Source of the DNA: Planctomycetota bacterium
Lineage (GTDB): Bacteria > Planctomycetota > DG-23 > DATKVD01
Length of the DNA stretch: 61,290 bases
Direction: 5' to 3'
Assembly: GCA_037439485.1 (NCBI GenBank)
Contig: JBBIVY010000005.1
Location: 1 to 61,290 of the forward strand
The translations under genes and the position numbers were made by a program. Position 1 is the first letter of the stretch. Each line of letters starts with the position of its first letter. The notes under the pieces are model-generated. The model searched no databases. It was not told the DNA's origin and worked only from the letters and a program-made list of their open reading frames with translations. This document shows, piece after piece, positions 48,444 to 57,659 of the stretch.

Positions 48444-49916
48444 TTAGAGAAGCTTGAAATAGTCGTCGAGGTTGTCGAAGTAGGCGCTCGGGGCGATGAT
48501 GGCGACGACGGTGCGCTTGAAGGCGCCGGTGTCGTGCTTCTCGGCGAGGTCGATCACGACGGGCTCGATGCGGCCGCCGGAGACGTCGGTGAGGAGTTTG
48601 GCCATGGGGCGGTCGAGGAACTCGACCTCGTTGCGCACGCGGTAGACGAGCGCGGATTCCCCCGTGTCCAGCCTCACGATCGTGCCCACGGGATACAGCG
48701 TGATGAAGAGCGCGAACTTGTAGAGCAGCAGCCGGTCGAACGCCGTGCCCGCGTCGTCGAGCATGATCCCCAGGGCCTCGGCGGCGGAGTAGGACCGCTT
48801 GCGGTAGATGCGAGGCGTCGTGAGGGCGTCGTAGCAGTCGACGATGGAGACGATCTTCGAGCACCAGTCGATCTCGCGGGCCTCCTTCGTCTCGGGATAG
48901 CCGTGCAGGTCGACGCGCTTGTGGTGCTGGAAGGCCACGACGATCGCCCGCATGAGCATCTCGCTGGCGTCGCCCGAGCGAAGGAGCCGCTTGACGCCCA
49001 GCATCGGGTGCCGGCGCATCTCGGCGAATTCCTCCGCCGTGAGCTTTCCGGCCTTGTTGAGCACCTCCTTCGGCACGTCCGTCTTGCCCACGTCGTGCAG
49101 CAGCGCCGCCATCCCGAGCGAGCCGAGCAGCTTCTTGCTCATGCCCAGGTGCTGCCCGAACGTGATCGACAGCACCGAGACGTTCGCCGAGTGGTTGTAG
49201 GTGTACTCGTCGTAGTTCTTGATCGAGCTGAGCGCCAGGAGGAAGAACTCGTCCTCCGTGGCCACGTCGACCATCGTCTGCACGGCGCGCTTGGCGCGGC
49301 GGAAGTTGACGGCCTTGCCGGCATGCGCGTTCTGCAGGATCGATTTGGCCACCGAGATCGACCGGAAGTAGATGTCGACCGAGGAGCGTCTCAGGTCCTC
49401 GTTCCGGTCGTCCAGCGTCGACTCGTCCTGGGCCCCCAGGGTGATGCCCGTGAGGGCGAGCGGCTGGAGCTTCTCCTCGACGCGGCAGAACGGGTCCTCG
49501 TCGATGTCCTTCGCGTCCATCTTCGCCACGACGTAGAGGAAGGAACGGATCTGCTCGAACGTCGCCGACGCGGCGAAGGTGATGATGCCGACCTTCAGCC
49601 TCGCCATCGTCTCCATGATGAAGTTGTAGGCGACGAGCGACGCGGCGTCGGTCTTCACGCGCGACGCGTTCATCATCAGAAAGCCGTGAACGTGCTCGAT
49701 GTTGCAGTTGCCCTCGCTCTCGGCGACGGCCTGAATGATCTGGTGCAGATCGTGGATGCGCTTGACCACCGACTCGTTCTGCGGCGGAAAGAAGCGGGCC
49801 CCCTTGAACGCGACGTGCAGGGCGTTCAGGAAGTCGAGGCGCATCCGCTGCTGCTCGCGGCGCTCCGCGGGATCCTGCTTCGGCGGCTCGACGACGGCGG
49901 TCGCGGGAGGGGTCAT
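48444..49916 (-). CDS. HD-GYP domain protein (putative cyclic-dinucleotide phosphodiesterase)
   Basis: DEYTYNHSANV, LLHDVGK, KLTAEEFAEMRRHP, HHKRVDLHGYP, VDCYDALTTPRIYR, YPVGTIVRLDTGE; ATGA overlap with the upstream HEAT gene. Confidence 0.9.
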   Translation of the reverse strand: MTPPATAVVEPPKQDPAERREQQRMRLDFLNALHVAFKGARFFPPQNESVVKRIHDLHQIIQAVAESEGNCNIEHVHGFLMMNASRVKTDAASLVAYNFIMETMARLKVGIITFAASATFEQIRSFLYVVAKMDAKDIDEDPFCRVEEKLQPLALTGITLGAQDESTLDDRNEDLRRSSVDIYFRSISVAKSILQNAHAGKAVNFRRAKRAVQTMVDVATEDEFFLLALSSIKNYDEYTYNHSANVSVLSITFGQHLGMSKKLLGSLGMAALLHDVGKTDVPKEVLNKAGKLTAEEFAEMRRHPMLGVKRLLRSGDASEMLMRAIVVAFQHHKRVDLHGYPETKEAREIDWCSKIVSIVDCYDALTTPRIYRKRSYSAAEALGIMLDDAGTAFDRLLLYKFALFITLYPVGTIVRLDTGESALVYRVRNEVEFLDRPMAKLLTDVSGGRIEPVVIDLAEKHDTGAFKRTVVAIIAPSAYFDNLDDYFKLL

Positions 49917-51664
49917 GCCGGGCTCCTTGCGATCGAGGCGCTCCGCTTGCTCAGGGCCACGCGGGCGGCGGTGGCCACCGTCTCGGCGCGGTCCAGGGCG
50001 ATCCGATCGAGCGCGGCGTCCGCGGATTCCTCGGCGACCTCGCCCAGTCCCAGCGCCGCGCAGGCGCGCGTTTCCGTGCGGCTCGGTTTCTCGAACCATT
50101 TCCTCTGCGTCGCGATGCTCTCCAGGTACTCCACCGCGTGGCGACCCTCCAGCTTCGCCAGCGCCGCGAAGAACATCTTCTTCTCGTCGAGCGATCGCTC
50201 ATCGAAGTCCTTCGAGGCGACCTCCGAGCGCAGGGGCGTTGCGGGGGCCGTCGGGCCGTCCCAGAGCGCGAGCGCCCGCAGCGTCTCGCGCCGGAGCGTG
50301 GCGTTGAGCGACGTCGCGTAGGCCGTCAGGATGTCGCGCGAGGCCTGGCACTTCACCGAGGCCACGAGCCCCACCGAGGCGGCCTTGACCGCGTCCTCGC
50401 ACGAGGCGAGTGGACCGGAGAGCATCGTCACGAGGCCCGGCGAGGCGTAGGGCGCCAGCACGTCGAGGAGCTTCTTCGCCGTGGCGACCCGACCCTTGCC
50501 CACCATCGGCACGAGCTGGGCGGGATCGTCCTTCACCAGCGCCCTGAGCGCCGCGACGACCTGCTTCTCGTAATGCGTGATCTCGAGCATCGCCGCCAGC
50601 GCGGGGATGGCCCCCGTCGGCAGCGCCCGCAGCAGACGTTCCACGTCCTGGGCGTTGAGGTTGTCGTGCACGCGCAGCGCGTCCCCGATCGCCGTCATCG
50701 GCGCCGGGGCCAGGATCGCGGCGAACTGCTCGCCGATCCGCGTCCGCGCCGCCGGCGAGTAATCGCTCGACGCGGCCGCCGACTTCATCCGCGTCAGGAT
50801 CTCCGCCGCCGGCCCCAGCGACGCGCGCTTCACCTCGTTCACCGCCAGGTCCACCAGCAGCTTGGCGGCGTTCGTGTAGACCTCGTCCTCCGTCTCCGTC
50901 ATCAGGACCTCGGTGAGTATCGACGCGAGGTCCTCGCCGATGTTGTGCGTCTCTTCCGCCTGCGTGGTGGCCAGGAGGGCCGCCGAGTCTTGCTCGGAGA
51001 GCGGCTTGACCTTGGACTTCGCCATCTCGCACACGGCCACCTGTCCGGTCAACTCCGCCCTGAGCGCGTCCATCCCGGTCGGGGAGGGGACCGTCGTCGT
51101 GTTGCCGCTCTCGGCCGCGGGCGGCGGCGCGTCGGTGCCTTTCAACTCGCCGGCGCCCATGAGCCCCGGATCGTACCCGCCCTCGCCGGAGGCCAGGTCG
51201 TCCAGCACGAACACCTTCACGTGCTGGAGCTGCTTGTCCCAGAGCAGCGTCACCACGTCGTCCTCGAGCGAGTCGTCGCCCACCTCCGTCGTCAGCACCT
51301 CCAGCAGCCCGACCACCTCCGTCCGCTCGATGCCCTGGAAGAACACCACCCGGCGCACGCCGTCGCGGTCGAGCTTCATCGCGAAGCTCTTCCGCGCGTC
51401 CGCGTCCGAGTAGACCACCGCGCCCTGGAACAGCAGCTCGTGGCGCTGCACGAAGAGCTCCAGCTCTTCGCGCCGCGTCAGGTAGTCGGAGAAGGTTTGC
51501 ACGAGGTTGTCGATGGCCGTGATGCTGATGCTGTTGTCGCGGGGATAGGTGCGGAAGATCTTCGCTGTCTTCACGAGGCCGCTCACGACCTCCTGCACCT
51601 CGGCCAGGATTGCCGGATCCACCTCGGCGGCGTCATCGATCTTGAGCTGCTTCTCGTTCGCCAT
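49913..51664 (-). CDS. HEAT-repeat protein, partner of the HD-GYP gene
   Basis: N-terminal YPRDNS domain; helical repeats (DAVKAASVGLV, ATLRRETLRAL, ETRACAALGLG); ATG at 51664. Confidence 0.8.
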   Translation of the reverse strand: MANEKQLKIDDAAEVDPAILAEVQEVVSGLVKTAKIFRTYPRDNSISITAIDNLVQTFSDYLTRREELELFVQRHELLFQGAVVYSDADARKSFAMKLDRDGVRRVVFFQGIERTEVVGLLEVLTTEVGDDSLEDDVVTLLWDKQLQHVKVFVLDDLASGEGGYDPGLMGAGELKGTDAPPPAAESGNTTTVPSPTGMDALRAELTGQVAVCEMAKSKVKPLSEQDSAALLATTQAEETHNIGEDLASILTEVLMTETEDEVYTNAAKLLVDLAVNEVKRASLGPAAEILTRMKSAAASSDYSPAARTRIGEQFAAILAPAPMTAIGDALRVHDNLNAQDVERLLRALPTGAIPALAAMLEITHYEKQVVAALRALVKDDPAQLVPMVGKGRVATAKKLLDVLAPYASPGLVTMLSGPLASCEDAVKAASVGLVASVKCQASRDILTAYATSLNATLRRETLRALALWDGPTAPATPLRSEVASKDFDERSLDEKKMFFAALAKLEGRHAVEYLESIATQRKWFEKPSRTETRACAALGLGEVAEESADAALDRIALDRAETVATAARVALSKRSASIARSPA

Positions 51665-51884
51665 CGTCGCCCTTTTCCCGCCGCCCGAGGGGAAGACACG
51701 CGTCCCGGAATTTCCAGGGGGCGCACCCATTCATATCGGACTTATCGGGAAATATGCTGAAATCAAAAGACGGCTATGCAATGGCCGGGCGAGGCCGAAA
51801 AAACGGCGCTGTAACCTGTGCGGCCAAAAGGGGTTGCGGGGGACCTTCCGGCGTCGAACTATTGAGCGCGAGGGGCGGCCGGTG

Positions 51885-53681
51885 CTACGGGGCGTCCAGC
51901 AGGGAGACGAGGTCCGTCTGGTGCTTTTCCCACCGCGTCTTCAACTCGGCCGTGTCGATGCCGTAGACCTGTCTGACCGCGGCGAGGGGTTCGACGTTTT
52001 CGGCCAGCCGGCAGAACTGCGCGAACTGCTCCCGCGTGCCGGATTGCTGGATGGCCTCGACGAGCGCGTAGGACTGCGAGTAGAAGAGGTTGACGAGAGA
52101 CGCGTCGGGATAGCCCTTCTGTCCGGTGACCTGCTCCATCGTCATCAACTTGCCTCCGTCGCGCGCCTCGCGGATGACGTGGGCCATGCGCAGCCGCTTG
52201 AACCACGGCTCCTGCCGCACCGCCGTCCCCTCGCGCAGCCACGTCGGAATCGTCGACTTGTAGTTGACCACGGCGCCGTGGATGGCGTGAGTGATCTCGT
52301 GCGACAGGTGCGACGAGAGGAGGTCGTCGACGCCCTGGTAGGTGGCGATGTAGTGCCGCTCCAGCTTTCCCTCGATGGCGCTCGTCGAGGTCATGGCGGG
52401 GGACCACTCGGCCTGCCGGGTTTTCTGGAGGTACTCCTCCTTGCTGCGATAGAGGTAGATATCGCACTTCTTCGACCAGGGCACGTCGGGCATCCTGTCG
52501 GCGAAGACGTGCCAGTTGCGCTCCAGGTAATACTCCGCCGCGCGCGCGACGAGCACGGCGAGGTCGTCGTTGTTGTGATGGATAACGAAATGCACCGTCT
52601 CCAGGATCTGCGGCTCGCCCGGCCGGACGGCGTCGAAGCGTGTGTCGTGGAACGTCAGCAGGATGGGCGACTCGCGCGTCTTGTCGCGGGCCATCGCCTG
52701 CAGCGCCTCGACGCGCTCCAGCGCCTTGTCCGCGTCCACCTTCGTGTCCGTGACCTTCGCGTATTCCACGGCCGCCTCGCCGTAGCGTTTCATCTCCGCC
52801 AGGCAGATGCCCATCGCGTAGTGGACGTGGAGGTTCTCGGGCTCATAGGTCTCGAGGGCCTTCAGTTCCTCCAGCGTCGAGAGCCACTGCTCGCGCGTCA
52901 TCGCCTTGCCGTTCCTGTTGATGTCGGCGACGACGACGGAAAAGCGCGCGAGGAATATCTCGTGCTTGAACGGCGCCAGGAGGTCCGGGTCGAGCTTGAG
53001 GGCGATGTCGTACTGGCGCTTGGAGTCGGGGAAGAGCTTGAGTTCGAGCAGCCTCCTCCCGTATTCCGCCCGGGCCAGCGCGATCGCCTTGCGGTTCCGC
53101 GCCGCGGCGCCCGGCGTCGTCGTCTCGAGGGCGTCGAACATCTCCAGCGCCTCGCGCTCCCGGCCTATCGACACCAGGAACTGCGCCTCCGCCTCCGCCG
53201 CCGGGGCGTTGCGCTTCATCTCCTCGAACCGCTTCACCGCGTCCGCCGCCGCGTCGTTGTGCGCGTCGAGCGCCAGCACCCGTCGCCAGAACGCGTCCGC
53301 CTCGGAGGGCTTGCCCTGCTGCTGGAGCGTCTCGGCCTTGCGACGGCACGCGCTCACCAGCCGGTCGGTGAGGATGGCGCTGTCGGGGCTCGACTTGAGG
53401 GCGTTCTCCAGCCGGTCGATCGCGGCGTCGATGTGCCCGTCCTTGAGCATCGCATCGACCTCGGCGGCGATGACCCGCGAGGCCTCCTCCTTCTCGATGC
53501 CCGTGATGTGATCGCGATCGACGATGACCGTGCCGTACGAGACCTTGAGCGTGATGGTCTTGTCGTCCTGCTTGATGACCTCGCCCCGCACGGAGCCGCC
53601 GTTCTTGAGGTGGACGACGTCCGCCCGGGCCGCGACGGCGGCCAGCACGACCGGCAGGATGTAGAGCGCGAATCGTTTCAT
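51885..53681 (-). CDS. Secreted TPR protein with C-terminal peptidase MA (gluzincin) domain
   Basis: Signal peptide ending ARA-D, VHLKNGGSVRGEVI beta module, TPRs, HEITH zinc motif plus PTWLREGTA, FYSQSYALV. Confidence 0.85.
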   Translation of the reverse strand: MKRFALYILPVVLAAVAARADVVHLKNGGSVRGEVIKQDDKTITLKVSYGTVIVDRDHITGIEKEEASRVIAAEVDAMLKDGHIDAAIDRLENALKSSPDSAILTDRLVSACRRKAETLQQQGKPSEADAFWRRVLALDAHNDAAADAVKRFEEMKRNAPAAEAEAQFLVSIGREREALEMFDALETTTPGAAARNRKAIALARAEYGRRLLELKLFPDSKRQYDIALKLDPDLLAPFKHEIFLARFSVVVADINRNGKAMTREQWLSTLEELKALETYEPENLHVHYAMGICLAEMKRYGEAAVEYAKVTDTKVDADKALERVEALQAMARDKTRESPILLTFHDTRFDAVRPGEPQILETVHFVIHHNNDDLAVLVARAAEYYLERNWHVFADRMPDVPWSKKCDIYLYRSKEEYLQKTRQAEWSPAMTSTSAIEGKLERHYIATYQGVDDLLSSHLSHEITHAIHGAVVNYKSTIPTWLREGTAVRQEPWFKRLRMAHVIREARDGGKLMTMEQVTGQKGYPDASLVNLFYSQSYALVEAIQQSGTREQFAQFCRLAENVEPLAAVRQVYGIDTAELKTRWEKHQTDLVSLLDAP

Positions 53682-53753
53682 GGTTCACCGATGTAAAGAC
53701 ATCGGCCGGAACGCCACGTTCATTATAGACGAAACGGGGGGGCATTCAAGCAA

Positions 53754-53777
53754 AGAGGTTCCACTACTGGAACCTCT
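53754..53777. promoter_or_regulatory. Perfect palindrome, candidate operator in a divergent promoter region
   Basis: AGAGGTTCCA-CTAC-TGGAACCTCT next to a minus-strand TTGAAT-N16-TATAAT (53749-53722); plus-strand TTGCCG-N18-TATAAT at 53937-53966. Confidence 0.55.
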
Positions 53778-54000
53778 GTCGCCGCGAAAAGGGGTCAAAA
53801 ACAGCCGGAATATTGAAGGTTCCGGGGTTCCGGTGATTCCACCTCCAGAGGTGCCGGTGGGGAGTGGAAGTCAATTATGTGTCCTCCGGCCGGCCGGGCC
53901 ACAACCTGTGGGGGCGCGCCCGGACGCGGTTTGTCGTTGCCGCCGGGGCGCGCGGGCGGGTATAATTCCGCAGGACGACCTTCGACGGGGGAGTGATCGG

Positions 54001-54579
54001 GTGAGGATCTCAGGCGGAACTCATCGGGGACGAGTGCTGAAGGTGCCGCCGGGGCGGGACGTGCGCCCGGCGTCCGACATGATTCGCCAGGCGCTCTTCA
54101 ACATCCTGGGCGAGCGCATCCAGGGTGCCTCGGTGCTCGACCTTTTCGCCGGCACGGGCTCTCTCGGCCTCGAGGCGCTGAGCCGCGGGGCCTCGCGCGT
54201 CGTCTTCGTCGAGCGCGACCGGGAGGTGGCGAATTACATCCGCGACAACTCCTCCGAAATCGGCATGGCGGACCACGTGCGGGTGCTTTCGTTTGACATT
54301 CTCACGGCCACATCGAGGCTTCGGAGCGCCGGGGGACCGTTCGACTTTGTCTTCGTGGCGCCTCCCTATCCGATGATGCTCGCGGTGACTCCGACCTTCG
54401 GCGTCGGCGCCCTCGTCGAGTCGCTCTTCACCGACGCGATCGTCGCGCCCGGCGCGGTCGTCATGCTTCAGCACGACCGGCAGATGCCCCTCGCCGACGA
54501 GTGGCCCCACGCCCTCATCACCGACCAGCGGACATACGGCAAGACGATGCTGACGTTCTTCGCGCCGAAGGAGCCGTGA
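54001..54579 (+). CDS. rsmD: 16S rRNA m2G966 methyltransferase RsmD
   Basis: MRISGGTHRGR, VRPASDMIRQALFNIL, LDLFAGTGSLGLEALSRGA, APPY (for DPPY), RTYGKT. Confidence 0.92.
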   Translation: MRISGGTHRGRVLKVPPGRDVRPASDMIRQALFNILGERIQGASVLDLFAGTGSLGLEALSRGASRVVFVERDREVANYIRDNSSEIGMADHVRVLSFDILTATSRLRSAGGPFDFVFVAPPYPMMLAVTPTFGVGALVESLFTDAIVAPGAVVMLQHDRQMPLADEWPHALITDQRTYGKTMLTFFAPKEP

Positions 54580-55481
54580 TGTCGGAGCCGTCGCGATACA
54601 AGTTCCTGAAACCCGAGGCGGTGGCGCGGCTGAAGAACCTGTCGTTGACGGCGAGGTCGGTCGTCGAGGGGTTCATCAGCGGCCTGCACAAGAGCCCGTA
54701 TCGCGGGTTTTCCGTCGAATTCGCCGAGCATCGCGAATACACGCCGGGCGACAACATCCGCTACCTCGACTGGCAGGCCCTCGGCCGCACCGACCGGCTC
54801 TACATCAAGCAGTTCGAGGAGGAGACCAACCTCCGCTCGACGATCCTGCTCGACACCTCGGCCTCGATGGGCTATTCCTCGAAGGGCGGCGTCAGCAAGC
54901 TCGAATACGGCTGTTTCCTCGCGGCGGCGCTCGGCTACCTCATGGTGAAGCAGCAGGACTCCGTGGGGCTCGTGACGTTCGACAACGAGATCCGGAACAA
55001 CATTCCGCCGCGCGGGTCGGAGACGCACCTCAACGTGCTCCTGCGCCGGCTGGAAGAGGTCCGGCCCGGCGAGGTCACGAAGGTGGGCGGCATCTTCCAC
55101 CGCCTCGCCGAGACGCTGAAGCGGCGCGGGCTCATCATCATCATCTCCGACCTCTACGACGACCCGAAGGAGGTCATGCGCGGCCTCCGCCATTTCCGCC
55201 ACAAGCGGCACGAGGTGATCCTGTTCCACCTCTTCGACAGGTCGGAACTCGATTTCCCGTTCGATCGGCTCACGCAATTCATCGACCTCGAGACCGACGA
55301 GCGCCTCCAGGTCGACCCGAAATACGTCCGCGACGAGTACCTCGCGCAGATCGAGGCGTTCATCAACGGGTACCGCCGGGAGTGCTCCGAGGGACACATC
55401 GAATACGTCGTCACGGACACGTCGATGCCGTACGAGAAGATGCTGACGGAGTATTTGGGCAGGCGCAAGCGGTTCTCGTGA
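54579..55481 (+). CDS. DUF58 domain protein (MoxR-associated)
   Basis: GLHKSPYRGFSVEFAEHREYTPGD, YIKQFEEETN, LLDTSASM, IISDL. Confidence 0.92.
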   Translation: MSEPSRYKFLKPEAVARLKNLSLTARSVVEGFISGLHKSPYRGFSVEFAEHREYTPGDNIRYLDWQALGRTDRLYIKQFEEETNLRSTILLDTSASMGYSSKGGVSKLEYGCFLAAALGYLMVKQQDSVGLVTFDNEIRNNIPPRGSETHLNVLLRRLEEVRPGEVTKVGGIFHRLAETLKRRGLIIIISDLYDDPKEVMRGLRHFRHKRHEVILFHLFDRSELDFPFDRLTQFIDLETDERLQVDPKYVRDEYLAQIEAFINGYRRECSEGHIEYVVTDTSMPYEKMLTEYLGRRKRFS

Positions 55482-55496
55482 CAGGTCGGGTGGCTC

Positions 55497-57659
55497 ATGT
55501 CGATGCTGGCCCCCATCTTTCTGATCGGCGCGCTCTTCGCGGCGGTGCCGGTACTCATCCACCTCTTCTACCAGAAGCGGGCGCCGCAGGTCTATTTCAG
55601 CACCCTCCGTTTCCTTCAGGCCTGCGTCCGAAAGACCGCCCGGCGCAAGCGCGTTGAAAACCTGATGCTCCTCGCGTTCCGGATGCTGCTCTTCGGCCTG
55701 CTCGCGGTGGCGCTGGCGAAACCCTTCGTCCGCTCGTCGCTGGCGGGTTCGTCCGGGCCGACGAGCACGGTCATCGTTCTCGACAACTCCTACAGCATGG
55801 CCACGCGGCAGGAGGGCAAGGAGCGGTTCAACCCGGCGAAAGACGCGGCGATCTCGCTCATCCGGCGCATGGGGCCGGCCGACTCGGTGGCGCTCATCTT
55901 TACGGGCGGCCCGCGCGCGTCGGACAAGGTCGAGCTTTCGCATCGGCTCAATGAGGTGCAGTCGTCCGTCGAGCAGGCGCAGGTCTTCGCCGGATACGGC
56001 AGCGTCCTCGCCGCGATCAACCGCGCCTACGAGGTGATGCAGTCGAGCGCCGACGCCAACCGCGAGATCGTCGTCATCACCGATCTCCAGGCGAAGTCGC
56101 TGGAGGGCGACCTTTCGCCCGCGGCGCTCGGCTCGCGCGACGTGCCGCTCTTCGTCTACGACTGCGGGCAGGAGGCGGTCGTCAACCTCGGCGTCGTCGA
56201 CGCGACGCTCAAGGGCGGCCGCATGCCCGGCAGCCTGCAGACGATCCAGGCCGAGATCGCCAACGCCGGCGAGCGCAACGTCCCCGACGCGCGCGTCACG
56301 CTCTACGTCGACGGGCGCGACGTGAAGAAAGAGCTTGTCAACGTCCCCGCGAAGGGCAAGGCGACCGTCCCGTTCACCTTCCCCGTCTGGGCCGACCGCA
56401 CGGTGACGGGATGGGTGCAACTCAGCGAGGACTCGCTCGACGTCGACAACCGCTGGAACTTCCGCATCGCCGCGGCGGATCGGATCAACGTCCTCGTGGC
56501 GCGCGACGAGCAGGCCGAGATCGGCTACCTCGACGACGGGTATTACATCGTCCGGGCGCTGGCGCCGTCGTCGAGCGACAACTCGGGATCGAGCCCCATC
56601 CGTCCGCAACTTCGCCTGACGAGCGAGATCGCGCGGATGCCGCTCGAACCGTTTTCGGCAATCTTCCTCCTCGACGTCCGCGAGCTGGACTCGGCTACGG
56701 TGGCAAAGCTCCGCCGGTGGGTTGAGGAGGGCGGGATGCTGGTCTTCTTCGCGGGCGACCGCGTGGATGCTTCGCGCTGGGCGAACTTCTTCCGCGCCGA
56801 GCCGGGCGGGCTCTTCCCTGCGAAACTCGGCGCACCTGAGGGCGACGCCGAGAAGCGCGAGACGTCGCTTCGGATGCAGTCGCCCGACTTCACCTGGCCG
56901 GGATTCTCGCGTCTCCGGAGCGTGCCGCCTTCGCTCTTCGAGCGCGTCCGCGCCTGGCGCTGGCTGCCGCTCGAAGACCCCGACAAGGAGAAGGTCCGCG
57001 TCCTCGCGCAGCTCATGCAGGAGGGCCGGCCGCCGGTGCCGATGATCTCCTCCGCGCGCATCGAGCGCGGCGAGGTCTTCTACGTCGCCGTTCCGGCCAC
57101 GACCGGCTGGACGAACTTCTCCGCGACGAAGGTCTTCGTGCCGATGCTCCACGAAATGATCTACGCGGTGACGGGCAAGTCCGGGCGGCTCGAATCGACG
57201 CTCGCGGGCCGGCCGAAGCGGTTCGATTTCGGCGACGTGGGCGGCGAGGTCGTCGTCTCCGTCGAGGTCCGGCCCGGCGTCGTCGAGGTGAAGCGCAGCA
57301 CGCACGACGCCTCGGGCAACGCCGCGCAGTTCGACGACACGTGGATTCCGGGCATCTACGCCTATTCGCTCTCCGGCGCGAAGCAGGGCAAGGACTTCTT
57401 CGTCGTGAACCCCGACCCGCGCGAATCGGACCTCACGCGAATGCCGCCGGACGCTTTCCGCGAGAAGTTCGCCGCGCTGCGCCTTGTCACCGTCCGCTCG
57501 GGAGAGCAGCTTGAATCCGAGCGCATCGCGCTTCGCGAGGGGCATCCGCTCTCGGGATACGTCTTCCTGCTCATCCTCCTCATCGCGGCGTTCGAGTTGT
57601 ATCTCGCCAACCGCACGCGCCCGGCGATGGCGGAGCCGTCGGAGGAGGCCGCGACATGA
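55497..57659 (+). CDS. BatA N-terminal + VWA domain membrane protein
   Basis: PVLIHL...FSTLRFL..LLAFRMLL..ALAKP (BatA double TM), VIVLDNSYSM (MIDAS), ITDLQ, CARDB-like and GATase-like regions, VNPDPRESDL, C-terminal TM. Confidence 0.88.
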   Translation: MSMLAPIFLIGALFAAVPVLIHLFYQKRAPQVYFSTLRFLQACVRKTARRKRVENLMLLAFRMLLFGLLAVALAKPFVRSSLAGSSGPTSTVIVLDNSYSMATRQEGKERFNPAKDAAISLIRRMGPADSVALIFTGGPRASDKVELSHRLNEVQSSVEQAQVFAGYGSVLAAINRAYEVMQSSADANREIVVITDLQAKSLEGDLSPAALGSRDVPLFVYDCGQEAVVNLGVVDATLKGGRMPGSLQTIQAEIANAGERNVPDARVTLYVDGRDVKKELVNVPAKGKATVPFTFPVWADRTVTGWVQLSEDSLDVDNRWNFRIAAADRINVLVARDEQAEIGYLDDGYYIVRALAPSSSDNSGSSPIRPQLRLTSEIARMPLEPFSAIFLLDVRELDSATVAKLRRWVEEGGMLVFFAGDRVDASRWANFFRAEPGGLFPAKLGAPEGDAEKRETSLRMQSPDFTWPGFSRLRSVPPSLFERVRAWRWLPLEDPDKEKVRVLAQLMQEGRPPVPMISSARIERGEVFYVAVPATTGWTNFSATKVFVPMLHEMIYAVTGKSGRLESTLAGRPKRFDFGDVGGEVVVSVEVRPGVVEVKRSTHDASGNAAQFDDTWIPGIYAYSLSGAKQGKDFFVVNPDPRESDLTRMPPDAFREKFAALRLVTVRSGEQLESERIALREGHPLSGYVFLLILLIAAFELYLANRTRPAMAEPSEEAAT

